Origin: Nemertoderma westbladi
Lineage: Eukaryota; Animalia; Xenacoelomorpha
Direction: 5' to 3'
Assembly: GCA_032718475.1 (NCBI GenBank)
Contig: JAUCBJ010005622.1
Location: 1 to 45,594, forward strand
DNA length: 45,594 nt
The notes beneath the pieces are model-generated. The model had not been told where the DNA came from, ran no database searches, and saw only the letters and a list, made by a program, of their open reading frames with translations. The position numbers and the translations under genes are program-made. The first letter of the stretch is position 1. Each line of letters opens with the position of its first letter. Shown one piece after another: positions 11,515-25,400 of this stretch.

Positions 11515-11950
11515 ATGAGATAGAAGTACTTCGTGTGCGCAATGGCTGGGCCAGATTCATCGAATTCTTGTTTGCTAATCCACATCAGTTGGAAGGTGGA
11601 GAGAGCAGCGAGGATGGAACCTCCGATCCATACGGAATACTTCCTCTCTGGAGGAGCAATGATCTTGATCTTCATTGTGGGCGGGGCCAACGCTGTGATC
11701 TACTTTTGCATACGATCAGCATACCTCCAGACAACACGGTGTTGGCGTAAAGATCCTTCCTGATATCCACGTCGCATTTCATGATGGAATTGTAGGTGGT
11801 CTCGTGGATTGCAGAAGATTCCTGGTCAATGAAAGCAGGCTGGAACATTGTTTCGGGGGCCCTAAATTGCTCGTTTCCAATGGTAATCACTTGTCCACCG
11901 GGCAATTCGTAGCTTTCCTTTAGGGTAGAACTTGTCGAGGCAGTGAGCAA
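11515..11950 (-). pseudogene. Actin C-terminal fragment (about residues 228-375, copy 2), followed by 3' UTR-like sequence to ~10915
   Basis: [21 protein letters not shown]...[29 protein letters not shown], then a deletion/frameshift, then [26 protein letters not shown]. Contains a premature stop and an altered C-terminus. Confidence 0.93.
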
Positions 11951-13729
11951 AGCTTCATGATGTCCTTAAATGTAATCGCCCATGTGAAGAATACCATGTT
12001 TTCACTTTTCAGTCGAAATTTTATTGAATTTTTATATTATGAAGAATTTGTATTTTAATTTCTCCTAAGTATTTTATAGCGCTTATCTTATGTACTGATA
12101 CTAATTCGTTTATTGTTTCCTTAGTTTCATCCCTTTTGTAAACCTGGTTTTTAGTGAATTCCAGGTATTTTTCATAATGCGGTAAACTGCAAAGTGAAAT
12201 ATAACAGCAGAAAGTCTGGTATCACGACATCGTTGCCAGGACAACGACCCAGGACAAGGTCACCGCCGTAAAGCTAATATACTAGAGAATATTTTTTTTT
12301 CTCAAATACAATAAATAAATCCAATTGCGACAAAGGAGTAAACATAAACAAAAGCCCGCTCTTGGGAATTCACATATCATATCTATCTTATGTAGAAGCC
12401 CCACATAAATTATATATTATAAAAAATATCCAATGTTTCAGGTATCGTCTACCGCATGTGTTTACTATGTACATCCTTAAATCAATTTATTTTTCCCTGG
12501 TTCACCCATATATTACATTTGGTCATAGTCTGGGGTTCTGCTGGCGCTGGGTCGACATTCATTAAGCAAATTAGAACCAAAATCAATAAAATTATGCTCT
12601 GTGTTACTTTTTCTGATCACATAGCATCATCTTTTCCACTTTATCAACGTTTAACAATTTTACCGATCCAAAAACTATATTAATTGCAATTAGCAACTTT
12701 TATGCACGGGATTTTCTATCGATACGACCAATCTGACTTATAAAATAATTTCACATTTGTAAGCGAAACCCACGGCACACGGTCATCTTCAAACAATTGT
12801 TTTTTTATCACGCGTTCTAACTTCATCATCGGTCAGAGGGGAGTTTCTCACCAAGGGACAGTGCTATGGAACACAATGGACACTGAATTTAAGAAAATAA
12901 AAATAGGTCTACAGTACTTTCATTATAATTGCATTAAAGAACATCTCTTAACATTCGTAACAGCTGATTTATAAAACAATTGTTTATTACCATAGAGATT
13001 ATTGCAACTATTCTGGCTAGGCGATAGTGGCATTTGAGACTACCCGGCGGAAACAGGCAGTAGATGTACGGGTGTGGGGACCAACGGGCCGTGTTCAATT
13101 ACTAGCTTTTTGTGAGCTATTTTCGAACAAGGTCCGCCGATATAATTGTTATATTGAGTAATTTGTTATACATTGAGTGTATATTTATGTAAATTTTAAT
13201 ATTATCGGGAAATAATAAAATGAATTGAATTGAATTGTTATACTTAAAATGGGCAATGCCTACCGGTAACAATGTATATATGTGATGTTTTTGTGAAGGA
13301 GTAGCAACTTTATTCGAGTTTGAGATGTATTAATTTAATGCTTGCAGCACAGAAGTTTATAAGGAAATACACCGAATCGAAATCATACAGATAATTAATA
13401 TCCTTTGTGGAGTGGGTGGGTGGCATGGTTACGATAGGTTAGTCTACAACATCATTGGATGATGTTGTAAAATGATTGCACATCAGCTGTTATATAGAGG
13501 TACCGGTACCGCCTAACTTCCTGTTTCCAGTTTCTTATTATTAATTAACAGCAACCGGTATACAGGTATACTGCTGTACTGGTGAGCTGTATTGCAATAC
13601 CGATACACCAGTACACAGTCATTCAGTCATTACACAGACTGTCAGAGGATCAGATAGGCAGATAGGATTAGAGATAGTACTGGAGTACTGCATTTAGCGT
13701 ACACCTACTGCTGCAGTGCTGCCTAGTCA

Positions 13730-13970
13730 GTTATAGTTCATATGCGTACCTCTGGTATTTTCGTATTGCAAAAATAAGACTATAACAGTATAAGTATGAA
13801 ATACCCTATGTTATTGAGATATTGTTTATTGTTTTGGTTAGAAAAGCCCACCACTGTAACCTGCTCCTTTCCGTTAATTAAGTAATGGAGATTAGTTTAT
13901 TGTTTTGGTTAGAAAACACCACCACTGTAACCTGCTTCTTTTGCCAGAGGTACGCATATGAACGATAACC
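13730..13970. mobile_element. MITE with ~26-bp TIRs and 9-10-bp TSD (MULE-like), ~90 bp upstream of the WDR1 ATG
   Basis: GTTATAGTTCATATGCGTACCTCTGG ... CCAGAGGTACGCATATGAACGATAAC; GCCTAGTCA(G) at 13721 and 13971. Confidence 0.85.
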
Positions 13971-14061
13971 GCCTAGTCAGCTAGTGCCTACCAGTAATAG
14001 TCGTAAAGACAGCAGGCCTCATTCACAACAACCCAAACTGCAATACGAATATTAGGTAAGA

Positions 14062-14304
14062 ATGACGTACCAATTATCTGACACGTTTGCTTGTTTGCCC
14101 CACACGCAGCGTGGCTACCCAATTGTACTTGGAGGCGATCCTAAAGGGAAGAACTTTCTCTACACTAACGGCCATAGCGTCTACATCCGCGATATAGCCG
14201 AGCCACGCATCTGCGATGTGTACACCGAACACTCCAGTCAGGTGAACGTGGCGCAATACGCACCGTCCGGTTACTATATAGCTTCTGGCGACGCATCGGG
14301 CAAG
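14062..14304 (+). CDS. WDR1: WD repeat protein 1 / actin-interacting protein 1, coding exon 1
   Basis: LPHTQRG.PIVLGGDPKGKNFLYTNG...YAPSGYYIASGDASGK; donor AAG|GTAAGT, phase 0. Confidence 0.93.
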
Positions 14305-14474
14305 GTAAGTCAATTAGGCCTACTCAACTTGTAAAATTGCTAACTTTACCTGTTTACTGTTAGCTGCTCTTGCCAGCCTGCTGTGACCGTGCACAAGCAT
14401 AGAAAGAGCAGACACCTGGACACTAGACAGTAAGTATAACAAAACTCACTCATCGTCTATTCCAACCCAAACAG

Positions 14475-15311
14475 GTTAAGATCTGGGATACAACAAACAA
14501 GGAGCACATTCTAAAGAACGAGTTTGCGGTGCTAGGGGGCGCTATAAAGGACCTCGCCTGGACGTCGGACAGTAAACGCATAGTGGCTGTGGGTGAGGGA
14601 AACCAGAAGTTCGGGTACCCATTCTTATGGGACACGGGCACCAGTGTGGGTGAGCTGATTGGGCACTCCAAGTCGATAAACTCGGTAGCAATCCGACCGG
14701 AAAGGCCATTCCGAGTTGTAACCGGAAGCGAAGACAAGAAAGTGAACTTCTACGAAGGCCCTCCTTATAAGTACAAACTAAGTTTCCACGAACACAGCAG
14801 CTTCGTGCAGACCGTTCGCTACTCCCCTAAAGGGAGTGTTTTCGCTAGCGGTGGGAGCGATAGGAACGTGTTGTTGTACGAAGGAAAGGACGGCTCGTTA
14901 TTGGGGAGTCTCCCCCAGCACGGGGCCGGGGTTTACGGGTTGTGTTTCTCCCCCGATGGGGCCCTCCTGCTAACGGCTTCCGCCGATAAAACCGCGAGGA
15001 TTTACGATGTCGAGTCGCGGCAGATCGTTCAGGAGTTCGCGTTAGGGGATTCCGTGTCCGACCAGCAGGTAGGCTGTCTGTGGCAGGGGGACACCTTGCT
15101 GTCTGTGTCGCTGGCCGGCTATATCAGTTACTTGGATAGGCAGTCCGGGGCGGCTGTTCGGGTTATTCGCGGTCATAATAAAGGGATAACGGCGATGGGT
15201 GGCGGCGGCGATGTGGCGTTGTACACTGGGAGTTACGACGGCCGATTGGTTGGTTGGGACGTTGGGGACGGGACCTGTAACGAGGTGAAGGGACATCGGC
15301 ATAGCAACCAG
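14475..15311 (+). CDS. WDR1: WDR1/AIP1 coding exon 2
   Basis: Acceptor ACAG|, reads VKIWDTTNKEHILK...RPFRVVTGSED...DQQVGCLWQ...HSNQ; donor CAG|GTGAGT, phase 0. Confidence 0.93.
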
Positions 15312-16934
15312 GTGAGTTATTTATTATAAATAAATAACCGCACTACCCAACTAACAAATTTCCAACTAAATCTTGCACTTTTTTTCTCTAAAACGCTCAA
15401 ACTACAGTCCCAACTTCAGAAAAACAGAATAAAATTGGATTAGTTAGTAATAAATACTATTACTATTTAATAAAGGTTCTATCTATACCTATAATGATAA
15501 CGGACAATATCTCTCCTAAATACCCAACAGAACAATCCATCTAAACACTATTCCCCTCCCAATTAACAGATTACCAATACATCTCACTATACCACATCAA
15601 AAATCAATGTCACACCACCACTGCCTTTTCAATACATTTATAATGATATCAACAACCCAAAGATACCCCATTTGCTATCATCTTATTGATAAAGCGCGAT
15701 TATATCGATGGAGATAAAATTATACCCCTGTTATATTGAATATTCACCAAGCATCAACCTGAAAAGAACAAACCAACAACATCTATGGGAAATTTTTTAA
15801 AACGAATAAACATGCCAACTGTTGATTTATGACTCCAGCTAATGGACTATAATAAACAAACACCAGTGACTCTCGAATTACAGACCTTCCAACCACCACG
15901 CAATGCTCCCATTCCTATACCATTAATGAAACACTCATAACCGACCTTAGAATTAGCCTCCGCTCCATTCCCCACACGGCGGGCAGCATTATTAGTCCTT
16001 CAGAATATGAGTCATCAATATCAAATACTGTCAACCCCTACAGGCAACAGACCAACTATCCCACTAACTTATACAAAATGAAACAATAATGACGAGAGCA
16101 ATATATGAGATTTACAGGTTACACATTTAATACTACTAACAATTAAACAACCCCCCCCCCCCCCTTTATACTACTAACTGTTAATAACCCCCACCCCTCA
16201 CCCTCTATCACTATGTCTACTACTAACCATTAAACACCACCCCCCCCCCCCCCCCCCCCCCCCACCACTAGGTATACTAGGGTAACTAACCACTAACGGG
16301 TAGTTGTGCGTGGTAGAACCGCCGTGATTGGCAGGTTGACGCCTGTAGCATTATATATATATATTGATATAAATGTTGCCACTGTGCCACCCCTCCAGAA
16401 TTGGCAGTGACCCTTTGGCAACCTCTCAGCATATAAATGTGGCCCTATGGCAACATTAGTGGCATCTTGGCAACATGTTGCCTCTAGGCCCTGTGGCCCA
16501 TTGACTGCTTTCGTATCTGACTGGCCCTAAGGTTGCTTCTTACAGTTACAACATATATCTGCGCTAACTGTGTGGCCTTGTGGCCCATTGGCCTCTTTGT
16601 ATCAGAGTGGTCCTTAGGTTGTTTTTTACATTTATAATGTACACCTTCTATGCAGACACATCTTTCCAATAATATGGGGTTTTCCGTACAACCACCACAC
16701 ACACCAGCTAGAGTATCATTTAATGAGATGGTAATAATATATCGGAATATTAGGGCTGTTGTCTTTGTAATTATTCTAAACTTGAAATATACTCCGATGG
16801 TTTTCGTAGACAAATTTTTCTACAATGCATAATTTGTACTGTGGGTTATAAACTCTAAAGGCAAGTTAAAGTAAGCAAGGAAGTTGTTAATAGTCTTTTA
16901 AAAAGTCGTTAATATTTCAATAAAGTATGTTAAT

Positions 16935-17245
16935 AAGAGTGAGTGAATGTGTGATGAGCGAGTGAATGTGTGAGTGGGTGAGTGAATGTGTGAGTGAGTG
17001 ACTGAGTGAGTGGGTGAGTGAATGTTTGGGTGAGCGAGCGAGTGGGTGAGTGAATGTGTGATGAGCGAGTGAATGTGTGAGTGGGTGAGTGAATGTGTGA
17101 GTGAGTGACTGAGTGAGTGGGTGAGTGAATGTTTGGGTGAGCGAGCGAGTGAGTGAATAAGTGGGTCAGTGAATGAGTGTGTGGGTGAGTGAATAAATTA
17201 GTGAATGTGTGAATGAATTAGAGAGTGACTGAGTGAGTGACTGAT
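16935..17245 (+). repeat. Degenerate (GAGT/GAAT)n simple repeat in WDR1 intron 2
   Basis: Directly visible. Confidence 0.9.
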
Positions 17246-17347
17246 TGATTGGTTTATTGTCCATAACAAAATAAATAAACTTAAACCGAAATAGAAATTG
17301 TGAAACACCATACACCAAAAGCCATGTATAGACCGGTTAAACATTAA

Positions 17348-18939
17348 CCCTATTAAACCCGTGGGGGGGGGGGGGGGGGGGGGTCAATATGACCCCCCCC
17401 GTGGTTTTTTTATTATAATTCTGAAACAAACGCAGTTGGGAATCTGATATTTTTTGAATTTTCCTAAAAATCTATTGTCTTCCTAGTAGTGAAAACCGTT
17501 TTCAAAAATATTGGGTAGTTTTCGAGTTATAGCACCATTTTTTAACCCTACTTTTGGCACTTTTTTTGAGACGTTTTTTGAAAATTACATTTCATTAAAT
17601 ATGAATTGTAACATCTCTATTTTTGATTTACACCGGTTTTTTGGTGTTAGCAATTGGATGGAATTCATATAAATTGATTTAGAAATTTCAAACTTGTTTT
17701 TTTTCGGCGGGTGCCAATTTTTGGTGCCAGCACCAAATTTTGAAATATGTCAATTTTGTAAATTGATTGTGTGAAACTTGTTTTTTTACGCAATTGGGGT
17801 TTTTTGGGGTTCTGGTGTCGATGAAATATATACGAGTTGCACCAAGCGTATCAAACTTGTGTTTTTCGGTGGTGGGTGCAAATTTTGGTGCTAGCACAAA
17901 ATTTTGAAAATCCATTCAATTGATAAAAATTGTTTGTGAAAATTTATTTCTTGCGTTTTAGAGGTTTATGGCTATTCTGAATTGAATGGAATATATAATT
18001 TTCGAACTAGGCATCTCAAATTTGTATTTTTCGGAAGTGGGTGCAAAATGTGGTGCTACCACCAAATTTTGAAAACCATCAAATATATAAATTTATTGTG
18101 TCATCTTGTTTCCTGCGTTATATGGGTTTGTTAGCGTTCTGAATTCAATGGAATCAGTAAAAATTTCATAAGAGTTTTCAAACTTGTATTTTTCGCCGGT
18201 GGGTGAAAATTGTTGTGCCAGCACCAAATTTTGGAAAATAAGCAAATTGATCATTAGATAGTAGGGTATCATCTTGTTTATTGCGTTATACGGGTTTATG
18301 AGGGTTCTGAATCCGATGGAATCAATAAAAACAGCACTGGACATCGCAATCTTGTACTTTTTGGTGATGGGTACGAAATTTGGTCCTAGCACCGAAATTT
18401 GCCAAATTACGCCGAAAAATACAAGTAGCAATGATGGTGCATTTTAGAAATGTATTCCATTAGAATCAGCGCCCTAGAAGAACTGAAAATGTGAATTTAT
18501 AGCATCGTATAAGTGAATTAAAATTTTGTTTTCTAACTGAAAAGTGCTGGTTACTTGTTTTTTTCATTTTTTTCCTACGCAGAGATGACTAAACAGCCAT
18601 TTATAGTAATCATATCATTTTTAAATATTTTCCAATGTATTTTGCGCCCCAGAAAACCTGTATTGAAAAACAATTAGACGAAAAATGTAACTTTCAAATT
18701 TTCTGAAAATTGTGCACTACTTGTAATTTTGGTGCTGCAATATATCCACCCCAGTACATTTTTTCGAAAATTTTTTTTTCGGTCGGATCCTGACTAGTGA
18801 TACCTAAGTACAAACAAAAAATCAGACGTTTTCGTATAAATTTGTAGATTTTAGAGGGGGGGTCAATATGACCCCCCCCCCCCCCCCCCCCGGTATTTTA
18901 TAGCATTTTACAACATTTTATAGCCCGGTATTAATAGGG
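17348..18939. mobile_element. Non-autonomous piggyBac-like element with ~165-bp internal tandem repeats
   Basis: TTAA|CCCTATTAA ... TTAATAGGG|TTAA; subterminal GGGTCAATATGACCC at both ends; internal repeat units at ~17688, 17851, 18017, 18178 and 18347. Confidence 0.9.
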
Positions 18940-19089
18940 TTAACATAATTATTGACAAGTTGTTCGGTAACAGAACATTACGTACTTAAAAAGAAAATCA
19001 CATCAATCAACATTAATTCAATACCGGATATCTTATAGAGTTATAAATTTGCTTCTTTTGCTATTTTAAAAATAAATTTGGCATTTGAT

Positions 19090-20058
<969 letters not shown>

Positions 20059-21674
20059 ATAGTTCTTAAAAAGTTATTAAAAATTATGACATTTGCGATG
20101 TTAGTTATTCTGTTTTGATAGTATATAGAGAGTATCTAGTGTATGCAAGTCTTTCTGTCATCAAACACATTAAACCACATTAAAAACCTCATTAAAACGT
20201 ATCGCGTTAAACCACATTTAAAAAATGAGAGTTAACAACTTAACTATTTAACAAAATGACGTTTGGTTAGCTCTGGGGGATATAATACAGTCAATATCAA
20301 TGGAATTTAACTAAAAATAATTCCAGGCTATAATTTGTACGTCAGAATCTCACAATTTCTAAAACAGATGTAATTTGATATGTAAATGCAGGCAAGAAGC
20401 CATTTTTAGAAACACGTAAAAATTGATACAATAACATTTTAAATGAATATATCTGGAAATCATTTCTAATAATAAACCATGTTTTCAATCTATTTTATTA
20501 TGTTTTGTGTCTTTGATCCATGCATGCTTGAATAAATTCAACAATTTGTTTTCAGTATGTATCTAGATATGTAAAAGATGGTTCTGGGCCATTTTCGTGT
20601 ATTTTTAAAAAATCGCATTTCTTGACTCGATTATTCGACTAGAATAAATAAAAATACTCGTAAGTTATCGATTTTACCTTTACCGAACCGATAGAGGCTA
20701 AAATCCAATCTTAAAAATTGTTTATAAAATTTAAAACATAGAACTTCCAAATTTTGAATTTGTTCATAACTTTAGCTACTTTATCGGGTAACATACTATG
20801 TACTTAGTATTACCTTTGCAACCCAAAAACATCTATATATGAATGTATATATGTCTTTAAAAATAGAAATAATAAAAATAAATTGCAGTTTGTTTTTGAA
20901 TGAAGATTCTAAACAACGTTCCACTTTACAGTTTTTTCAAAAAATCAGTTTAATTTTTTCGTGTGCAAAAGTGGCATCTTGTCAACTTCTATATTTAATT
21001 GTACATGTTGCCCTAGGGCCACAACTCTATCATTAAGTCTATGGAAAACTCGAATGTAAAATGTATATATATATCAATAATACGGAATTTTATAAAATTT
21101 GATTGACTGTGTAAGATGAAAAAAATTTTTTTAAGTAAACTTTATTTTTACTTTATTAAGACGTATAACAAATTTAAAGCATTAGGACCTAGTAGAAATG
21201 ATTGAAACACCGTTCCGAAACTAACATATACGTGGGTGGCACCACGTCAACAATTTCTATGTATATATATATAAATAACCATAAATTAATTATTATGTTA
21301 AATAAACGTAAACAAATATGTTAATAAAGAAATATTATTAACATTTAAATTGCAAATAATTTTAGGGAATTAAAAATAAATTTTTTATTCGAATTATATT
21401 ATTATTTAATTATAAACTTATTAGTTAAATTATTATTTTTTTTAATAATTCGCAAATTTTTATAAACATTAAAATTATAATATTATAAATATTATTTTTA
21501 TTAATATAAATTAATTTAATAAATTAATTTCGTTATCATTTAGCATAAAATTTGTTATTAAATTTAATTAAAAATTAAATTTAATAACTATTTATTATTT
21601 GTCGAGTTAAATAAAACCAGGGCATTGATTTTATTACAGAATCTCCTATTCTTCAATTATTATTATTTATTCAG

Positions 21675-22430
21675 GTCAGCGATATCCAGGCGACGGAACA
21701 GCGAGTTGTCTCTGTTGCCATGGACGACCTGTTATCTGTATCGGACCGGGTGGCCGCCGCTGGAGGCGTCGTCCCCCAGCCGCCCCGGGAGGCCGTCGCT
21801 CTGGACGCCCAACCCCGCGGGCTGACCGTAGCCGACGGCCGGTTAGCCGTAGTCGCCACCCAGGAAGGCCTCGCTCTGTACGACCTAGCGACCGGCGCGA
21901 AACGCCCGCTAGCTGGAGCTCCTGCGGAATCCACCGAGGTTGTAGCCGTGGACTACGCCGAGTCGAGCAATCAGTTAGCTGTAGGGGTTAAACCCAACCG
22001 GGTGGATATATACAAAGCGAACCCATCCGATGGGTTATCTCTCTCTAAGTTGACTTCCGTTTCCCTGCAAGGAGAACCTTCGGTTCTTCGTTTCTCACAA
22101 GATGGTTCGCATCTCGCCGTCGCCGACGCCGCTAAGTATATATCGGTCTACGCGGTGTCCGATTACTCTAAGAACCTCTTCCACCCGGGGGTCTACCACC
22201 AGGCGCGAATCAACGCGCTCGCGTGGTCTCCGGACGGACGGCACTTCGCGAGCGGAGCCTTGGACACCAACGTGTTCGTCTGGGCCGTGGGCCGGGGCTC
22301 GGGGCCCGCTCTCAAGATCCTGGCGGCCCATCGGCAGAACCCGGTCAACGGGTTGGCCTGGCTGGGCCCCCAGAGGGTCGCCTCTGGCGGGAAGGACGGG
22401 AACGTGAGAGTCTGGGATCTCGCGCTCTGA
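21675..22430 (+). CDS. WDR1: WDR1/AIP1 coding exon 3 (spliced product about 611 aa)
   Basis: Acceptor TTCAG|, reads VSDIQ...SVAMDD...HQARINALAWSPDGRHFASGALDTNVFVW...SGGKDGNVRVW; TGA at 22428-22430; AATAAA at ~22567. Confidence 0.92.
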   Translation, partial: VSDIQATEQRVVSVAMDDLLSVSDRVAAAGGVVPQPPREAVALDAQPRGLTVADGRLAVVATQEGLALYDLATGAKRPLAGAPAESTEVVAVDYAESSNQLAVGVKPNRVDIYKANPSDGLSLSKLTSVSLQGEPSVLRFSQDGSHLAVADAAKYISVYAVSDYSKNLFHPGVYHQARINALAWSPDGRHFASGALDTNVFVWAVGRGSGPALKILAAHRQNPVNGLAWLGPQRVASGGKDGNVRVWDLAL

Positions 22431-24529
22431 GTCGTCGATCTGGGGTATCGGGAGTCAGTTAGATAGACCGTTAAAATCCAGCACAACTACTATAAGTGCC
22501 AACCTAACGAAACATTATATCATAAACTTTAATAATGAAAATCAAATTTATTTTATTATTTTGACAATAAATTATTGTACTAGAGGTTTCTTGATTATTT
22601 ATTTTAACTAATTAATTCGGACTGTAACACTGATTGATGACGTAGGAGAATTTCTGGAAATTTTTGTATATCTAACAGTAATTTTTGTCCACGCTACGAT
22701 GTTACCAGTACCATTATAATATATTTATTTCGTGCAGCTGAGAATGTGAAAGGTAAATAAGGAAAATTATATTAAATTCCGAATGTATTTCCCGAGATAT
22801 TTTTCTAGAACGTACTGAACTATCCTATCTGGTCTACTAACTAAGATTAATTTTGTGCTTTTAATTGGCTGTTTAATTATCGTATTCTTAATTACTAATT
22901 TAGTCTCATTGAAGATACAATATTATTTATTTCTTATAATATTTTATATGACTTACCCACTGACCACGTTATTGTAATTATACAGTTTCTCGTCGGTTTA
23001 TATTTTAGGTAATTAAATTGTTAATGATAAGAATTACAGATTGTTGTGGTTGAACACAACCAAATTACTAAACATATATGTTTTCATACATATATATATA
23101 CGAAACCCCCACGTGTCCAGATATATAATCACATGTCACCCCGATATCAAATACTATACGGCTTAGTATGGAAACTACCCGGTTTACTTAACTGATCGGG
23201 TAATTTTTTTTCAAAATTATATACTAAATTAAAGTAAAGGACCAGACGTAAGCAAAACATTAAATGAAACACAATTATGGTTAAATATTTGCTGTACCAA
23301 TGACTGATGATTTCACTGAACTTTGCACTTCTACATAGTTACAATTTAGTTTTTAGAGCCAAGTTAACATGGCTAATCATTGAACTGGTTCAGATATAGA
23401 ATGCTTTGGCTGGTTTAATATAGACCGCTTATACTTTTCTTCGAAACTAGTGTATGTAATAATAGCTCATCAAATTTATCAACATCGAAAACCTTTCTTC
23501 CCAAAAAATTTATTCGTTATATAATAAACTATTGTGATTTTTAAACTAAAACAAATAAAGAAATTACCCCTAAAATCAATATTGCAAGCCTAATTTTATT
23601 GGTCTATGTGAACATTCCCAAAAAAAAGCCAAAACAAGTCAAATTGTGTTTTATGAGGCGGATATGTGGGTGGGTCGATCAGTCTGAGGGATGTTGGAAG
23701 GTGTTGGGTGAGTGGGAATGTTGGAAGATGAACCTGGGTCCTGGGAAGATGGAATTCTGGGAAGATGAATGGGTGGGTATTTCTGAAAAATGTCGGAAGT
23801 TACAAATATCGACAGTAACAATATCGCGAGATGAAAAATATAAAATATGTAGTTTAGAGGTGTGAGAGTGTTTTAGGAGAGTAAGTAGTGTGGTGTAGTT
23901 GGGCCCAGATCCAGGACGAGTTCCGATTATACATTTGCACATTTGGTAAGACCCTAAGTTTCATTTCCTATTTGTATAAATCAGAATATTATTCTGATAT
24001 TGGCTTCCGACACACACACAAACAACACCCCTATATTATACAGAATAACTAGCCATTATATTATTCGCTGATAATGCATCAGTTTTGCCCCACTTGTGTT
24101 AGTTTTTAGGTTATTGAGAATATTTGCGATTAGGCTTCAATAAAAAAAATGCCATCTTAAATAAGATAAATTTTCAAGTGCACTTTGTGACATCTTAAAT
24201 TATAAGTAAACATCGCACGCCGACTCAGCAGTTATACATCTCAGTATTAGAAGAAAAAAATTATGTTTAGTTTCAGTGTAATATATATCGTTAATAATAA
24301 ATTTACCGCTGGTCTAAATAGCCGTGTTTATTAGGTTAATGTTAACATTGAATATAATGTTACTAAATAATATCTCAATGCCCACCACCTTAGTTGTTAT
24401 TTTGAAGGAAGACACTTCATCAAAATGCGGAAAATACCAATCAACTCACAACTGCATTAACAAGATAGGATATTCAGTAACCTGGTGGAGGCGTTTTTGT
24501 CCTGAAAATAAATAATAGTAAATGTATTA

Positions 24530-24825
24530 TACGGCTACTGCAAAGTTCATAGGATCAATCGTGGCATCTGAGTAGGGATGGTGTCCCCCCTAAAGTCTTT
24601 AAAATTCCAGAGTGTTTGGAGGTCATTTTACCCATCTTAATAGACATGCACAGAACGACAAGAGTACCACAAGAAAAGGTTAACTAATAAGTTGGTGCCA
24701 GTTCCCAGTTCCTTTTCGGGGAATCTCGTTGATCTCGATTGCTGCAAAGCTACAGTATACAATAGAATTATAATAAATCGCATCAGGGATCCCATTGTGA
24801 GACTTTTACGTGTGAACCAAAGTGG
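24530..24825 (+). mobile_element. Degenerate RTE RT fragment (N-terminal part)
   Basis: DGVPP.VFKIPECL...NKLVPVP...ISIAAKL.YNRIIINRIRDPIVRLLRVNQSG, same family as 4961-6250. Confidence 0.85.
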
Positions 24826-24844
24826 ACCCTTTTCTGGCGCGTGC

Positions 24845-25090
24845 CACAGTGGGTCAAGAGCGGCCAAAATAGGCAAAAACCGATGTGCTCAAAAACTTTT
24901 TTCAATGTCACCATTCGATTCGCCATATCTGTAAACCTCAGCAAATATACTTCATTTCAAAATTTTCATGTCTGGGAAGAAAATCTAGCTCGACAAACCC
25001 AAAATTTCAAATTTATATGAAAAAAGTGAAATTTTCATGCCAAATTAGGAAAATTGAAAATATTTGATAAATCAGTCAATTTTTAAAGCG
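24845..25090 (+). mobile_element. Possible single end of a Transib-like DNA transposon
   Basis: CACAGTGGG begins just after the RTE breakpoint, with GCAAAAACC 21 nt downstream of the heptamer. No partner end found. Confidence 0.35.
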
Positions 25091-25400
25091 TAGAAAAGCG
25101 CTATATAAATAACCAATATTATTATTATTATTATTATTATCAAATGAAAGATCAACATATATACAACAAAATTATTGCTAAACTGGGTTGCCCCAATTTG
25201 CCCAAAAGGTCCAAAAATGACATCCAAATATTGATATCAATACCAAAATTGAAGGATTTCACTGTTGGTACTTTCCAAAAATAGCACTAATAAACGAGAT
25301 GGACAATTGAAACCAGTTTTAATCGAATCAGCACAACCTGTTGGTTTATTAGCTCCTGTAGATTAACAGAGTACTGCCTGTTCAGGGACCTAGATGCAGC

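Noticed and set aside
21625-22486. Several overlapping ORFs around WDR1 exon 3 (and those antisense to RT and actin)
   Set aside because: Alternative-frame artefacts of GC-rich coding sequence.
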